Notes under the pieces: model-generated
What the model saw: the letters and a program-made list of their open reading frames with translations, nothing else
Told to the model about the DNA's origin: nothing
Databases searched by the model: none
Made by a program: the position numbers and the translations under genes
Shown here: piece by piece, positions 17,595 to 26,932 of the stretch
How the letters are laid out: the number at the start of each line of letters is the position of its first letter
How positions within the stretch are numbered: position 1 is the stretch's first letter
Source of the DNA: Candidatus Omnitrophota bacterium
GTDB lineage: Bacteria > Omnitrophota > Omnitrophia > Omnitrophales > Aquincolibacteriaceae
Length of the DNA stretch: 26,932 nt
Direction of reading: 5' to 3'
Assembly: GCA_043803685.1 (NCBI GenBank)
Contig: JAZDJU010000018.1
Span: 1 to 26,932 of the forward strand

Positions 17595-18530
17595 ATGAAA
17601 ATCGTATTTTTCGGGTCTGACGCATTCTCCATCAAGGCTCTTGAGGCTTGCCTGCATTCCGGTATGGAGCTTGTGCAAGTCGTAACGACTCCCGCCAAGA
17701 AAAAAGGCCGTGGCTTACATCTTGAATCCAGCGAAATGTTTGATTATTGCCAGGGCAAAAACATTCCGGTGACCGAATACGCCACACTACGGGATCCTAA
17801 AGTCGGTCAGGAGTTGATCGCCCTCAGGCCGGATATCTTTGTGGTTGCGTCCTATGGAAAGCTGATCCCCAACAACCTTCTCGAGATCCCCAAATACCGT
17901 TTGAATGTTCATCCATCGCTATTACCCCAATATCGCGGTTCTGCTCCGATCCATTGGCCTATTCTGAATGGGGACAAGGAAACAGGCGTGAGCATTATTG
18001 ACATCGCGGAAAAGCTGGATGCGGGTGACATTTATTACCAGGAAATGATCCCGATCGATCCTCGCGCCGACGCCGCACAGCTTGCGTCAGAGTTAGCTCG
18101 TTTTTCCTACGGTGTTCTTAAGAAAGTCCTCACACAAGTACAAGAGGGAAAACTTCGGGGAGTTCCTCAAAATGAGAGCCATGCCACGCTAGCGCCTCAA
18201 CTTTCAAAACAGGACGGTGAGTTATCGCTTGTGGCCATGAACGCCGTGGAGATCGACCGCAAAGTCCGGGGACTTCAGCCTTGGCCAGGCGCCTATTTTT
18301 TCTTGAAAAATGAACGTATCGGTTTGCTTGAGACCGGTCTTTCTGACACCATCACTTCGGAGGCTCCGGGAACATTGCTTGCGATTGAAAAGGAGGGCGC
18401 TATTCAGGTCGCCACCCGTGCTGGGATTCTCAAGCTCCTCAAAGTCAAACCCGAGGGGAAAAAATCCATGACTGCGGCTGACTTTGCCCGAGGTCGCAGG
18501 CTCGCTCCCAGGGACATTCTTATCCCTTAG
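17595..18530 (+). CDS. fmt: Methionyl-tRNA formyltransferase
   Basis: MKIVFFGS, VASYG, NVHPSLLPQYRGSAPI, LDAGDI and RGLQPWPGA motifs; follows def. Confidence 0.96.
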   Translation: MKIVFFGSDAFSIKALEACLHSGMELVQVVTTPAKKKGRGLHLESSEMFDYCQGKNIPVTEYATLRDPKVGQELIALRPDIFVVASYGKLIPNNLLEIPKYRLNVHPSLLPQYRGSAPIHWPILNGDKETGVSIIDIAEKLDAGDIYYQEMIPIDPRADAAQLASELARFSYGVLKKVLTQVQEGKLRGVPQNESHATLAPQLSKQDGELSLVAMNAVEIDRKVRGLQPWPGAYFFLKNERIGLLETGLSDTITSEAPGTLLAIEKEGAIQVATRAGILKLLKVKPEGKKSMTAADFARGRRLAPRDILIP

Positions 18531-20320
18531 ATCACCGCAGCGGAAGGCGCCCGCTTTGCCTGCAAGATTTGTTGGATCTTCAGTAAATTCTGTTTAGCCT
18601 GAGCAAACTCTGGATCGATCTCGAGCGCTTGATGCAACGCCGCCGTTGCTTTATCGAATTTCCCTAGACTTGCATAAATAGCGCCAAGATTCCCGAAGGT
18701 TTCTGCCTTTCGGAGACCCAATGAGATCGCCTTTTGGGTCATCAGTAAAGCTCGCTCATAGTTCATTTTCTGCGCCAAAAGCGCTCCAAGATTGCTGAAG
18801 GCGGGAGCAAAGGTTGGGTCGGCAACCACTCCCATTTCATAGAATTGGATCGCAGCATCGGCTTCATGGGCCGCCTCAAAGATCCTGGCAAAGCTGTTAT
18901 AGACACGGCCCTGTTTGAACCCAAGCTCAAGCGCGCGCTGATATTCTCGAAGAGCTTCTTCTGTCCGTCCCATCTCAGCAAATGCCAGCCCCAGGCTGTA
19001 ATGGGCGCTTCCCAAGGCGGGCGCTCTTCGCACCGCATCCTGCCACAGACTGAGCTTTGTTTCCCAAACCGAATTACGTGCGATCGTGAGAATGCTGAGA
19101 ATGATAGCTGTTGAGATCAGAAAAATCCGGAAGATTTTTTTCTGGTGGATCAACACGTAAACGCCAGTCGTCACGGCGATCGCGAAGCCGACCATGGGAA
19201 GATAAAGCCGGTGTTCGAAGATGACATCCATGATGGGTATAAAGCTGGACTCCACGGAAAGAGCGAGGAAGAACCAAAATATTCCGAAAGCAATCAATCT
19301 TTGCCGACGAAAGATCCAGACCGCGAAAGAAAAGATCCCGGCAAGAAGAGCGAATGAAAGAAAGGTCTTCGCTTCAAAAAAATGTGTCGCGATGGGGTAG
19401 TCATAGGCAAGCGACTGATTTACGGGTAGGAACAAAAGACGCAAATAAGTCCGGATTACGTTGAACTGGGTCAGAAGATAGTGAAGCGGAGAAACAGATC
19501 CTACGACGCCGGGCGCTAATCCCGTAGGCGTGGTGGCACTCGGCGCATGTACTGTGAAAAAAGGAATGATAGCCAGCGTTGCCAAGAAAGGTAAAAACCA
19601 AAGGAGGCGTTGGTTGCCGAGTTTGGCGCGTGTGTCAAAAAAAGTGAAGTCGTAGAGGATGATTATCAACGGCAATGTGAATGCGGTTTGCTTCGTGAAC
19701 ATGCTTAGGGTACACGCAATGCAAGCGGCCCCATACCAACGAAGATCCCGGGTTAGGCGCGCCGTGGCATAGCAAAGCATCGTCCCCAAATAAAAAAGCG
19801 TCGCCAACGAGGCGGCCCGCTGAACAATATAAGTGACGGCCTGGGTTTGGATCGGATGGCAAAGGAAGATCAAACTGCTGAAAAGAGCGATCCACCACGC
19901 GTTCTCCTCCGTAACCTTCTGCTTGATAAGCGGCGTCCGGGTTGAGATCCAGGCCAGTAGGAACACGAAAAGGCTAGAGGCGATGTGGATAAGGATATTG
20001 GTGATATGGTATCCGACAACGTTCAATCCGAAAAAATGATAATTGAGCGCAAAACTCAAATGAGTTAGAAAACGCGGAGGGTGGAACGCCCAGAGGGCCG
20101 CTATGTCAAACAGGTTTTGGACATGAGGATTTTCAACGATCGAAGAACCATCGTCAAACTGAAAATCACATCGGAGGGAGTTTGCATAGATTACGATCCC
20201 GACAGCCATGAGCAGTAGCGCTGCCTTCCACCAAAGATTCCGAATCTCGGAAAGTGCTGAGGTGGCCGCGGGCGCGGAAGCATTTCTCGTGGAGCTGGAT
20301 CTTTGTGGGCTTTTTATCAC
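18527..20320 (-). CDS. TMTC-like GT-C membrane glycosyltransferase with C-terminal TPRs (putative protein O-mannosyltransferase)
   Basis: YANSL..DFQFDD..IVEN, YHITNILIH, HPIQTQAVTYIVQR, EHRLYLP and RNSVW....LW motifs; many TM helices; about 4 C-terminal TPRs. Confidence 0.8.
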   Translation of the reverse strand: MIKSPQRSSSTRNASAPAATSALSEIRNLWWKAALLLMAVGIVIYANSLRCDFQFDDGSSIVENPHVQNLFDIAALWAFHPPRFLTHLSFALNYHFFGLNVVGYHITNILIHIASSLFVFLLAWISTRTPLIKQKVTEENAWWIALFSSLIFLCHPIQTQAVTYIVQRAASLATLFYLGTMLCYATARLTRDLRWYGAACIACTLSMFTKQTAFTLPLIIILYDFTFFDTRAKLGNQRLLWFLPFLATLAIIPFFTVHAPSATTPTGLAPGVVGSVSPLHYLLTQFNVIRTYLRLLFLPVNQSLAYDYPIATHFFEAKTFLSFALLAGIFSFAVWIFRRQRLIAFGIFWFFLALSVESSFIPIMDVIFEHRLYLPMVGFAIAVTTGVYVLIHQKKIFRIFLISTAIILSILTIARNSVWETKLSLWQDAVRRAPALGSAHYSLGLAFAEMGRTEEALREYQRALELGFKQGRVYNSFARIFEAAHEADAAIQFYEMGVVADPTFAPAFSNLGALLAQKMNYERALLMTQKAISLGLRKAETFGNLGAIYASLGKFDKATAALHQALEIDPEFAQAKQNLLKIQQILQAKRAPSAAVI

Positions 20321-20440
20321 AATTTATCTTTTCTGCTCAAGCGACTCAAAATGTGGCATTAGTGTGACAGAGGGATATTACCCTAACAGCAGCTCATTGA
20401 AAAGCATTCGTGTTTTAAGCGCTGCAAACCGTAGTTTATC

Positions 20441-20468
20441 TTGACACAGGGGAACCCCTGCTTATAAT
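20441..20468 (+). promoter_or_regulatory. Consensus sigma70 promoter of the gap operon with a palindromic spacer
   Basis: TTGACA (20441-20446), 16-nt spacer, TATAAT (20463-20468). The spacer contains CAGGGG-AA-CCCCTG. Confidence 0.85.
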
Positions 20469-20471
20469 TAG

Positions 20472-21614
<1,143 letters not shown>

Positions 21615-21639
21615 TCGGCTGGCTAGCGGGAACCTTCGA

Positions 21640-22902
21640 ATGAAAAAGAAAACGGTTAAAGACATCGACGTTCGCGGAAAACGCATTCTCATGCGTGTAG
21701 ACTTCAACGTCCCCATGAAAGACGGCGTGGTCCAGGATGACACCCGTATCAAGGCGGCGCTTCCGACGATCAAGTATGTTATCGATCAGGGAGCGAAGAG
21801 CCTTGTGTTGATGTCCCACCTTGGGGATCCTAAGAAGGATACGCAAAAGGCCAAGGAAAAAGCTGAGAAGAATGGTAAGCCGTTCGATGAAAAAAAATAT
21901 CTCGAGGCTAAGCACCGAATGTCACCGGTCGCTGCGCAGCTTGCGAAGCTTCTTGGAAAAGAAGTGAAGCTTGCGCCAGCATGCATGGGACCTGACACGG
22001 ACGCCATGGTCAAGGCGATCCCTCAGGGCGGCATTCTGATGCTCGAGAATACCCGTTTTCACAAAGAAGAAACTTCCAAGGACGTTGCGGAACGCGAAAA
22101 AATGGCCAAGGCTCTGGCGCTGTATGGCGATATTTTCGTCAATGACGCCTTTGGATCCGCGCACCGCGCTCATGCCTCGACCGAAACCGTCGCGAAATAT
22201 CTTCCTGCCGTGGCCGGGTTCCTGATGGAAAGAGAGCTGGACTATCTCGACGACAAGATCGTGAACAATCCCGCGCGGCCTTTCGTCGCGATCATCGGTG
22301 GCGCAAAAGTGTCTTCCAAAATCGCCGTTTTGGAAAGCCTTCTCAAGAAAGTCGACCGTTTGATCGTAGGCGGAGGCATGGCCTATACGTTCCTCAAAGC
22401 TAAAGGTCTTGCGGTGGGGGCATCGCTTATTGAAGATGACATGATCGACACGGCGCGACAGATCCTCCAGAAGGCTTATGAATCCCATATCTATTTGTAT
22501 CTCCCGATCGACCACATCGTCACAACAGAATTTTCTGCGGATGCCGAGGCGAAGCATGTGGCGCGCGGCAATATTGAGGCCAACCAGATGGGTATGGACA
22601 TCGGTCCGATGACGATCGAAAAGTTCAAGGGCGCGCTTAAAGGCGCCAAGACCGTATTCTGGAATGGTCCGGTGGGCGTGTTTGAATTTCCGAAATTTGC
22701 CAATGGCACCATGTCGCTTGCAAAGGCGATCTCGGAATTGCCGGATTGCGTGACCGTGATCGGCGGCGGGGACTCGGTCGCTGCGGTCAATCAATCCGGT
22801 GTGGCATCAAAGATCTCTCATATTTCTACGGGCGGTGGCGCATCGATGGAGCTGGTGGAAGGCAAAACACTCCCCGGCGTAGCCGCACTTCTCGACAAAT
22901 AA
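21640..22902 (+). CDS. pgk: Phosphoglycerate kinase
   Basis: Start at ATG 21640 ([10 protein letters not shown]). RVDFNVP, LENTRF, NDAFG.AHR.HAS, GGAKV, GGGDS and STGGGAS motifs. Confidence 0.97.
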   Translation: MKKKTVKDIDVRGKRILMRVDFNVPMKDGVVQDDTRIKAALPTIKYVIDQGAKSLVLMSHLGDPKKDTQKAKEKAEKNGKPFDEKKYLEAKHRMSPVAAQLAKLLGKEVKLAPACMGPDTDAMVKAIPQGGILMLENTRFHKEETSKDVAEREKMAKALALYGDIFVNDAFGSAHRAHASTETVAKYLPAVAGFLMERELDYLDDKIVNNPARPFVAIIGGAKVSSKIAVLESLLKKVDRLIVGGGMAYTFLKAKGLAVGASLIEDDMIDTARQILQKAYESHIYLYLPIDHIVTTEFSADAEAKHVARGNIEANQMGMDIGPMTIEKFKGALKGAKTVFWNGPVGVFEFPKFANGTMSLAKAISELPDCVTVIGGGDSVAAVNQSGVASKISHISTGGGASMELVEGKTLPGVAALLDK

Positions 22903-22923
22903 ACCCAAGAAAGAACGGATCGT

Positions 22924-23709
22924 ATGAAAAAAAGACCCTTGATCGCCGGAAACTGGAAAATGTACAAGACGGCCTCCGAAGCCGTGACGCTTGTCCAAAC
23001 CCTTAAAGCGGCTGCCCACACGGTTTCGAATGTCACGATCGTGATCTGTCCACCCTTTACGGCCCTTAGCGAAGTTTCTAAGGTCCTGCAGGATTCCTCG
23101 ATCAACCTAGGCGCTCAAAATATGTACTGTGCGCCGGAGGGGGCTTTCACGGGCGAGATCTCACCCACCATGCTCAAGGATTCCGGCTGCCGTTATGTGA
23201 TCCTCGGACACTCCGAGCGTCGGCAATATTTTAAGGAAGACGATATCCTGATCCACGAGAAAGTGAAAACAGCTCTAAAATACAGCATCATTCCCATTGT
23301 ATGTGTCGGTGAAACGCTTGCGGAACGGGATGCGAAAAAGCACTTTGACGTGGTGAAAACCCAGTTCGATGAGTCGATCGGCCGCCTCGAAAAAGAGGAC
23401 ATTGCTAAGGTTGTTATTGCGTACGAGCCGGTATGGGCCATCGGGACAGGGAAGACCGCGACCCCTGACCAGGCTGAACAGATGCATTCCTATATCCGCC
23501 GCCTTCTCAATGAGCGCTATAGTCAGGAAGTCGGTAGCCGCATTTCGATCCTTTACGGCGGAAGTGTCAAACCGGACAATACAAAATCTCTGATGGAAAA
23601 GCCCAACATCGATGGCGCCCTGGTCGGCGGCGCGTCCCTCAAGGCGGAAACGTTTGCCCAGATCATCCAGGAAGCTCAACAAATCTACGAATCGGGGAAC
23701 CAATCATGA
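22924..23709 (+). CDS. tpiA: Triosephosphate isomerase
   Basis: AGNWKM, GHSERR, AYEPVWAIGTG, YGGSV and GALVGGASL motifs. Confidence 0.98.
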   Translation: MKKRPLIAGNWKMYKTASEAVTLVQTLKAAAHTVSNVTIVICPPFTALSEVSKVLQDSSINLGAQNMYCAPEGAFTGEISPTMLKDSGCRYVILGHSERRQYFKEDDILIHEKVKTALKYSIIPIVCVGETLAERDAKKHFDVVKTQFDESIGRLEKEDIAKVVIAYEPVWAIGTGKTATPDQAEQMHSYIRRLLNERYSQEVGSRISILYGGSVKPDNTKSLMEKPNIDGALVGGASLKAETFAQIIQEAQQIYESGNQS

Positions 23710-24212
23710 ACATTTTAGTTGTCTGTATCCATGTCGTCGTTTGCATCGTTTTAATCGTCGTCATTTTGCTCCAGGCCGGCCGAGGTCAGGGGCTCACCGG
23801 TGCCAGTTTTGGCGGCAATGTGCAGTCCCTCTTCGGGACCAAGGCCTCATCGTTCCTGACCAAGGCAACGACCGTATGTGCGATCCTGTTCCTTTTTACC
23901 TGCATTGGCCTGAATATCCTGGAAGTTCAAAAGAGCCGTTCATTGTTCAAGACCCCGCAGTCCCAGGCGCCTCTCGACGTCGAACAGATCAAAAAGACTC
24001 TCGAGAAAATGAAACAAGCTGACAAAACGGGTGCTACCGCGACATCCCAAACCTCTATTCCTTCGAAAGGAGAAGCTGTAAAACTCGCCGAAGCAGCAAA
24101 AGCTGATGTCGTGAAGGTCGCTGAAACCGCAAAGACTGATGCCGTGAAGATCTCGGAGACCGTGAAAAACGAAGTTGTTACCACCGCGGCGGACGTAGCC
24201 AAGAAGATCTAG
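23706..24212 (+). CDS. secG: Preprotein translocase subunit SecG with long C-terminal extension
   Basis: Two TMs joined by LLQAGRGQGLTGASFGG..SLFG...SFLTKAT; conserved position after tpiA. Confidence 0.92.
   Translation: MNILVVCIHVVVCIVLIVVILLQAGRGQGLTGASFGGNVQSLFGTKASSFLTKATTVCAILFLFTCIGLNILEVQKSRSLFKTPQSQAPLDVEQIKKTLEKMKQADKTGATATSQTSIPSKGEAVKLAEAAKADVVKVAETAKTDAVKISETVKNEVVTTAADVAKKI
24072..24203 (+). repeat. Four degenerate 33-nt (11-aa) tandem repeats in the secG 3' end
   Basis: EAVKLAEAAKA / DVVKVAETAKT / DAVKISETVKN / EVVTTAADVAK. Confidence 0.75.
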
Positions 24213-24246
24213 GCGACTTCCGGTTCTTCCTTCCGATGCGGACCTC

Positions 24247-26307
24247 ATGAAATTCTCCGGGCCCGAAGTCGGGGAGTTGCGCTACATCAAAGGCGTGGGG
24301 CCCAAACGCTCGCTTGTTTTTCAGAAGATCGGCATCCATTCGGTCCGGGATCTGCTGTACCTCTTTCCCCGTCGTTATGAGGACCGATCCCACTTTGCGT
24401 CCTTAGACAATCTCCCTCTGAATGAATCCGTCACGTGCCGTGGCGAGATCATGGATGTAAAATTCAAACCCATTCGCGGGATGCCTCTCGTTGAGATCCT
24501 GATCGGCGACAACTCCGGAACCATCCCCGCAGTCTGGTTCAACCAGCCGTATTTGAAAAGACTCTTCGAGTGTGGTCAGCGGGTTATTTTGTATGGGAAG
24601 TCAGAGCTTTACAAAAATCGGATCCAGATGTCGAATCCGGAATTCGAGATCGTGGATAGCCCCGAAGCGGAATCACTTCACACGGGACGCATCACCCCGA
24701 TCTATCCGCTCACGGAAGGACTTTTTCAGCGATCTCTGCGCACCACCCTTAAAGAAGCGATCGAACATCATCTTGGCGGTATCGTGGACGCACTACCTGA
24801 GGATTTGCGAAACGAACTGGATCTCATGGAGCTTGTCCCAGCCCTTCGTGAAATGCATTTTCCGGGTTCTTTTGAGATGCTAGAGAAAGCACGTCGTCGC
24901 ATTGTGTTTGATGAATTCTTTTCATTTGAGCTCCAGCTGTTCTTGAAAGTAAGGGCTCGCAAAACCCAACATCAAGCCATGGCGATCCAAGGGGCCTCGA
25001 ATGCAATTGCCGAATTCCGAAAATTTTTACCGTTCGAACTGACCCAAAGCCAGGAGCAAGCGATCCTGGACCTTATCAGGGACCTCGGCCAAACGATCCC
25101 GATGAATCGTCTCCTGCAGGGTGATGTGGGGTCCGGGAAGACCGTTGTCGCTGCATTCGCATTCCTCGTGGCGCACCGGGCGGGACTTCAGGCGGCATTT
25201 CTTATCCCTACGGAGATCCTCGCGGAGCAGCATTACCGGACGCTTTTAAAATTCCTGGAACCCCTGGGTATCCATCCGGAACTTCTGACCAAAAGCACAG
25301 AGACGGATAAACGCGCCCGTCTTATCGCGGAGCTCAAACAGGGAAGAGTTTCGATCGTGATCGGGACACACGCGCTTCTGCAGGAGGACGTTCGTTTTAA
25401 GAACCTCGGGCTCCTCGTGGTTGACGAGCAGCATAAATTTGGCGTACATCAACGGAATCAACTGCTTCAAAAAATGCCGAGGCCGCACCAACTCATCATG
25501 ACCGCTACGCCGATACCGCGGACGTTAGCGCTGACCACTTATGCTGATTTGGACATTTCCATCATGAAGGAGCTACCCCGGGGCCGCCAACCGATACACA
25601 CCTACTGGATCACCCGAAAAAAGCAGCCGGAAGTTTTCGCCCACATGGCCACACGACTTCTCAAAGGGGAGCAGGCCTATGTCGTATTCCCGATGATCGA
25701 AGAGACCGAGAAAAAGGACCTTCGGGCCGCAAAAAGCGAATTTGAGATTCTGCGCAAAACGGTTTTTTCAAAATTCCGCATGGGGCTTGTGCACGGCAAA
25801 CTGGAACGGTCCGAACGGGAATCGATCATGCGCGCTTTCTCGCGGCGTGAGATCGACATTCTTGTCGCGACTTCTGTGATCGAAGTGGGTGTCGATCAAC
25901 CCAACGCCACCATGATGATCATCGAGAACGCCGAACGGTTCGGGCTCGCTCAACTTCACCAATTACGCGGACGTATCGGCCGGGGAAAACTCGAGAGCGA
26001 CTGTTTCCTCTTTGGCGAACCCTCCACCGATGAGGGGAAGATTCGTTTAAGACTCCTCACAAAACTTACAGACGGATTTCTCATTGCCGATGAGGATCTG
26101 AAACTTCGCGGGCAGGGAGATCTCTGGGGAACCCGCCAGTCAGGAGAACCGCTCTTTAGAGTCGCACATCCGGTCCGGGATGAGGCCATTCTGTTGCAAG
26201 CTCGCGCGGAAGCCCAAAAAAGGATCCCCGGGGTGTTCGCTGACCTTATTCAAAAAACTCCTGTTTGGATCCAAAAATATCTCGAACAAATGCCCAAAAC
26301 CGATTAA
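24247..26307 (+). CDS. recG: ATP-dependent DNA helicase RecG
   Basis: KGVGPKR, RLLQGDVGSGKT, DEQHKFG, MTATPIPRTL, AERFGLAQLHQLRGRIGRG and DL.LRG.G...GTRQSG motifs. Confidence 0.97.
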   Translation: MKFSGPEVGELRYIKGVGPKRSLVFQKIGIHSVRDLLYLFPRRYEDRSHFASLDNLPLNESVTCRGEIMDVKFKPIRGMPLVEILIGDNSGTIPAVWFNQPYLKRLFECGQRVILYGKSELYKNRIQMSNPEFEIVDSPEAESLHTGRITPIYPLTEGLFQRSLRTTLKEAIEHHLGGIVDALPEDLRNELDLMELVPALREMHFPGSFEMLEKARRRIVFDEFFSFELQLFLKVRARKTQHQAMAIQGASNAIAEFRKFLPFELTQSQEQAILDLIRDLGQTIPMNRLLQGDVGSGKTVVAAFAFLVAHRAGLQAAFLIPTEILAEQHYRTLLKFLEPLGIHPELLTKSTETDKRARLIAELKQGRVSIVIGTHALLQEDVRFKNLGLLVVDEQHKFGVHQRNQLLQKMPRPHQLIMTATPIPRTLALTTYADLDISIMKELPRGRQPIHTYWITRKKQPEVFAHMATRLLKGEQAYVVFPMIEETEKKDLRAAKSEFEILRKTVFSKFRMGLVHGKLERSERESIMRAFSRREIDILVATSVIEVGVDQPNATMMIIENAERFGLAQLHQLRGRIGRGKLESDCFLFGEPSTDEGKIRLRLLTKLTDGFLIADEDLKLRGQGDLWGTRQSGEPLFRVAHPVRDEAILLQARAEAQKRIPGVFADLIQKTPVWIQKYLEQMPKTD

Positions 26308-26318
26308 ACTACGCAACC

Positions 26319-26918
26319 ATGCGCATCATAAGCGGCAAATTCAAATCCCGTAAGATCGATTTCCCGAAGAATCGGCTCACACGGCCCATGACGGACCGGA
26401 CCAAAGAGACCCTTTTTAACATCGTGGGATCCTTCGTATTCGGGAAACATGTGCTGGACCTTTATGCCGGATCGGGAAGTATTGGTCTTGAATCCCTGAG
26501 TCGAGGGGCAATCAACGCAACCTTTGTGGACCAGGCGCCTTGGGCCAAAAAGATCATTGAGAAGAACCTGGCCAGTCTCGGGATCAGCAGCCAGGGAACG
26601 ATCCTCGAGATGGAAATGCTTCCGGCCATCCGAAAACTAGAGAAGAGCGGGCAGGCATTCTCTCTCGTTTTTGTGGATCCGCCCTTCATGAAAGGCCTGG
26701 TCAAAAAGACATTGTTGCGTCTAGATGAGTCTGATATAGTTCTGCCCTTCGCGCAAGTGGTGGTCGGGCATATGTGGCGGGAAGAGTTACCCTCCGCTGA
26801 GCTCAAGAATCTTAAATGGGTCCGCACAAAACGGATCGGGCAAGCCTGCCTTTCATTCTTTTTCCGATTGGAATCAACTCATGAAAAAACGAAAAGCTAT
26901 ATATCCGGGGAGCTTTGA
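26319..26918 (+). CDS. rsmD: 16S rRNA (guanine(966)-N2)-methyltransferase
   Basis: Start at ATG 26319 (MRIISGKFK). RP.TDR.KE.LFN, LDLYAGSGSIGLE.LSRGA and DPPF motifs; overlaps coaD by 38 nt. Confidence 0.93.
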   Translation: MRIISGKFKSRKIDFPKNRLTRPMTDRTKETLFNIVGSFVFGKHVLDLYAGSGSIGLESLSRGAINATFVDQAPWAKKIIEKNLASLGISSQGTILEMEMLPAIRKLEKSGQAFSLVFVDPPFMKGLVKKTLLRLDESDIVLPFAQVVVGHMWREELPSAELKNLKWVRTKRIGQACLSFFFRLESTHEKTKSYISGEL

Positions 26919-26932
26919 TCCCGTCACGTTCG
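26881..26932 (+). CDS. coaD: Phosphopantetheine adenylyltransferase, 5' end (truncated by window edge)
   Basis: ATG 26881 gives MKKRKAIYPGSFDPVTF; conserved recG-rsmD-coaD order. Confidence 0.9.
   Translation, partial: MKKRKAIYPGSFDPVTF

Noticed and set aside
24072..24203. CRISPR-like array (33-nt periodicity)
   Set aside because: These are degenerate in-frame coding repeats without spacers, and no cas genes are present.
24213..24246. tRNA-Leu often found after secG
   Set aside because: The gap is only 34 nt and has no cloverleaf or T-loop motif.

Overview
Gene-dense bacterial chromosomal segment in standard code 11, almost entirely on the + strand. The TPR-rich gene content is reminiscent of Ca. 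Omnitrophota/PVC-related lineages, but this is inference only. (1) 1-10206 is a cell-envelope glycan cluster: SGNH/TPR protein, DUF5989 (SxtK-like) mini membrane protein, GT9, two GT4, WcaJ-like priming transferase, GT2, DegT aminotransferase, GmhB-like phosphatase and a UgtP/MGDG-synthase-like GT28 with an in-frame TGA. It runs without a gap into family-4 UDG and priA. (2) 13030-16616 is an AT-richer tandem array of membrane-anchored SGNH-like proteins with 6-7 TPRs inserted between the catalytic motifs. It holds one C-terminal remnant that is a sequence mosaic of the other two copies, one gene with two lesions, and one intact gene. (3) The rest is ppnP, def, fmt, a minus-strand TMTC-like GT-C/TPR gene, gap-pgk-tpiA-secG, recG, rsmD and the start of coaD. 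GAPDH and PGK look like the Treponema/trypanosomatid-glycosomal type. No rRNA, tRNA, CRISPR array, transposase or reverse transcriptase was seen.
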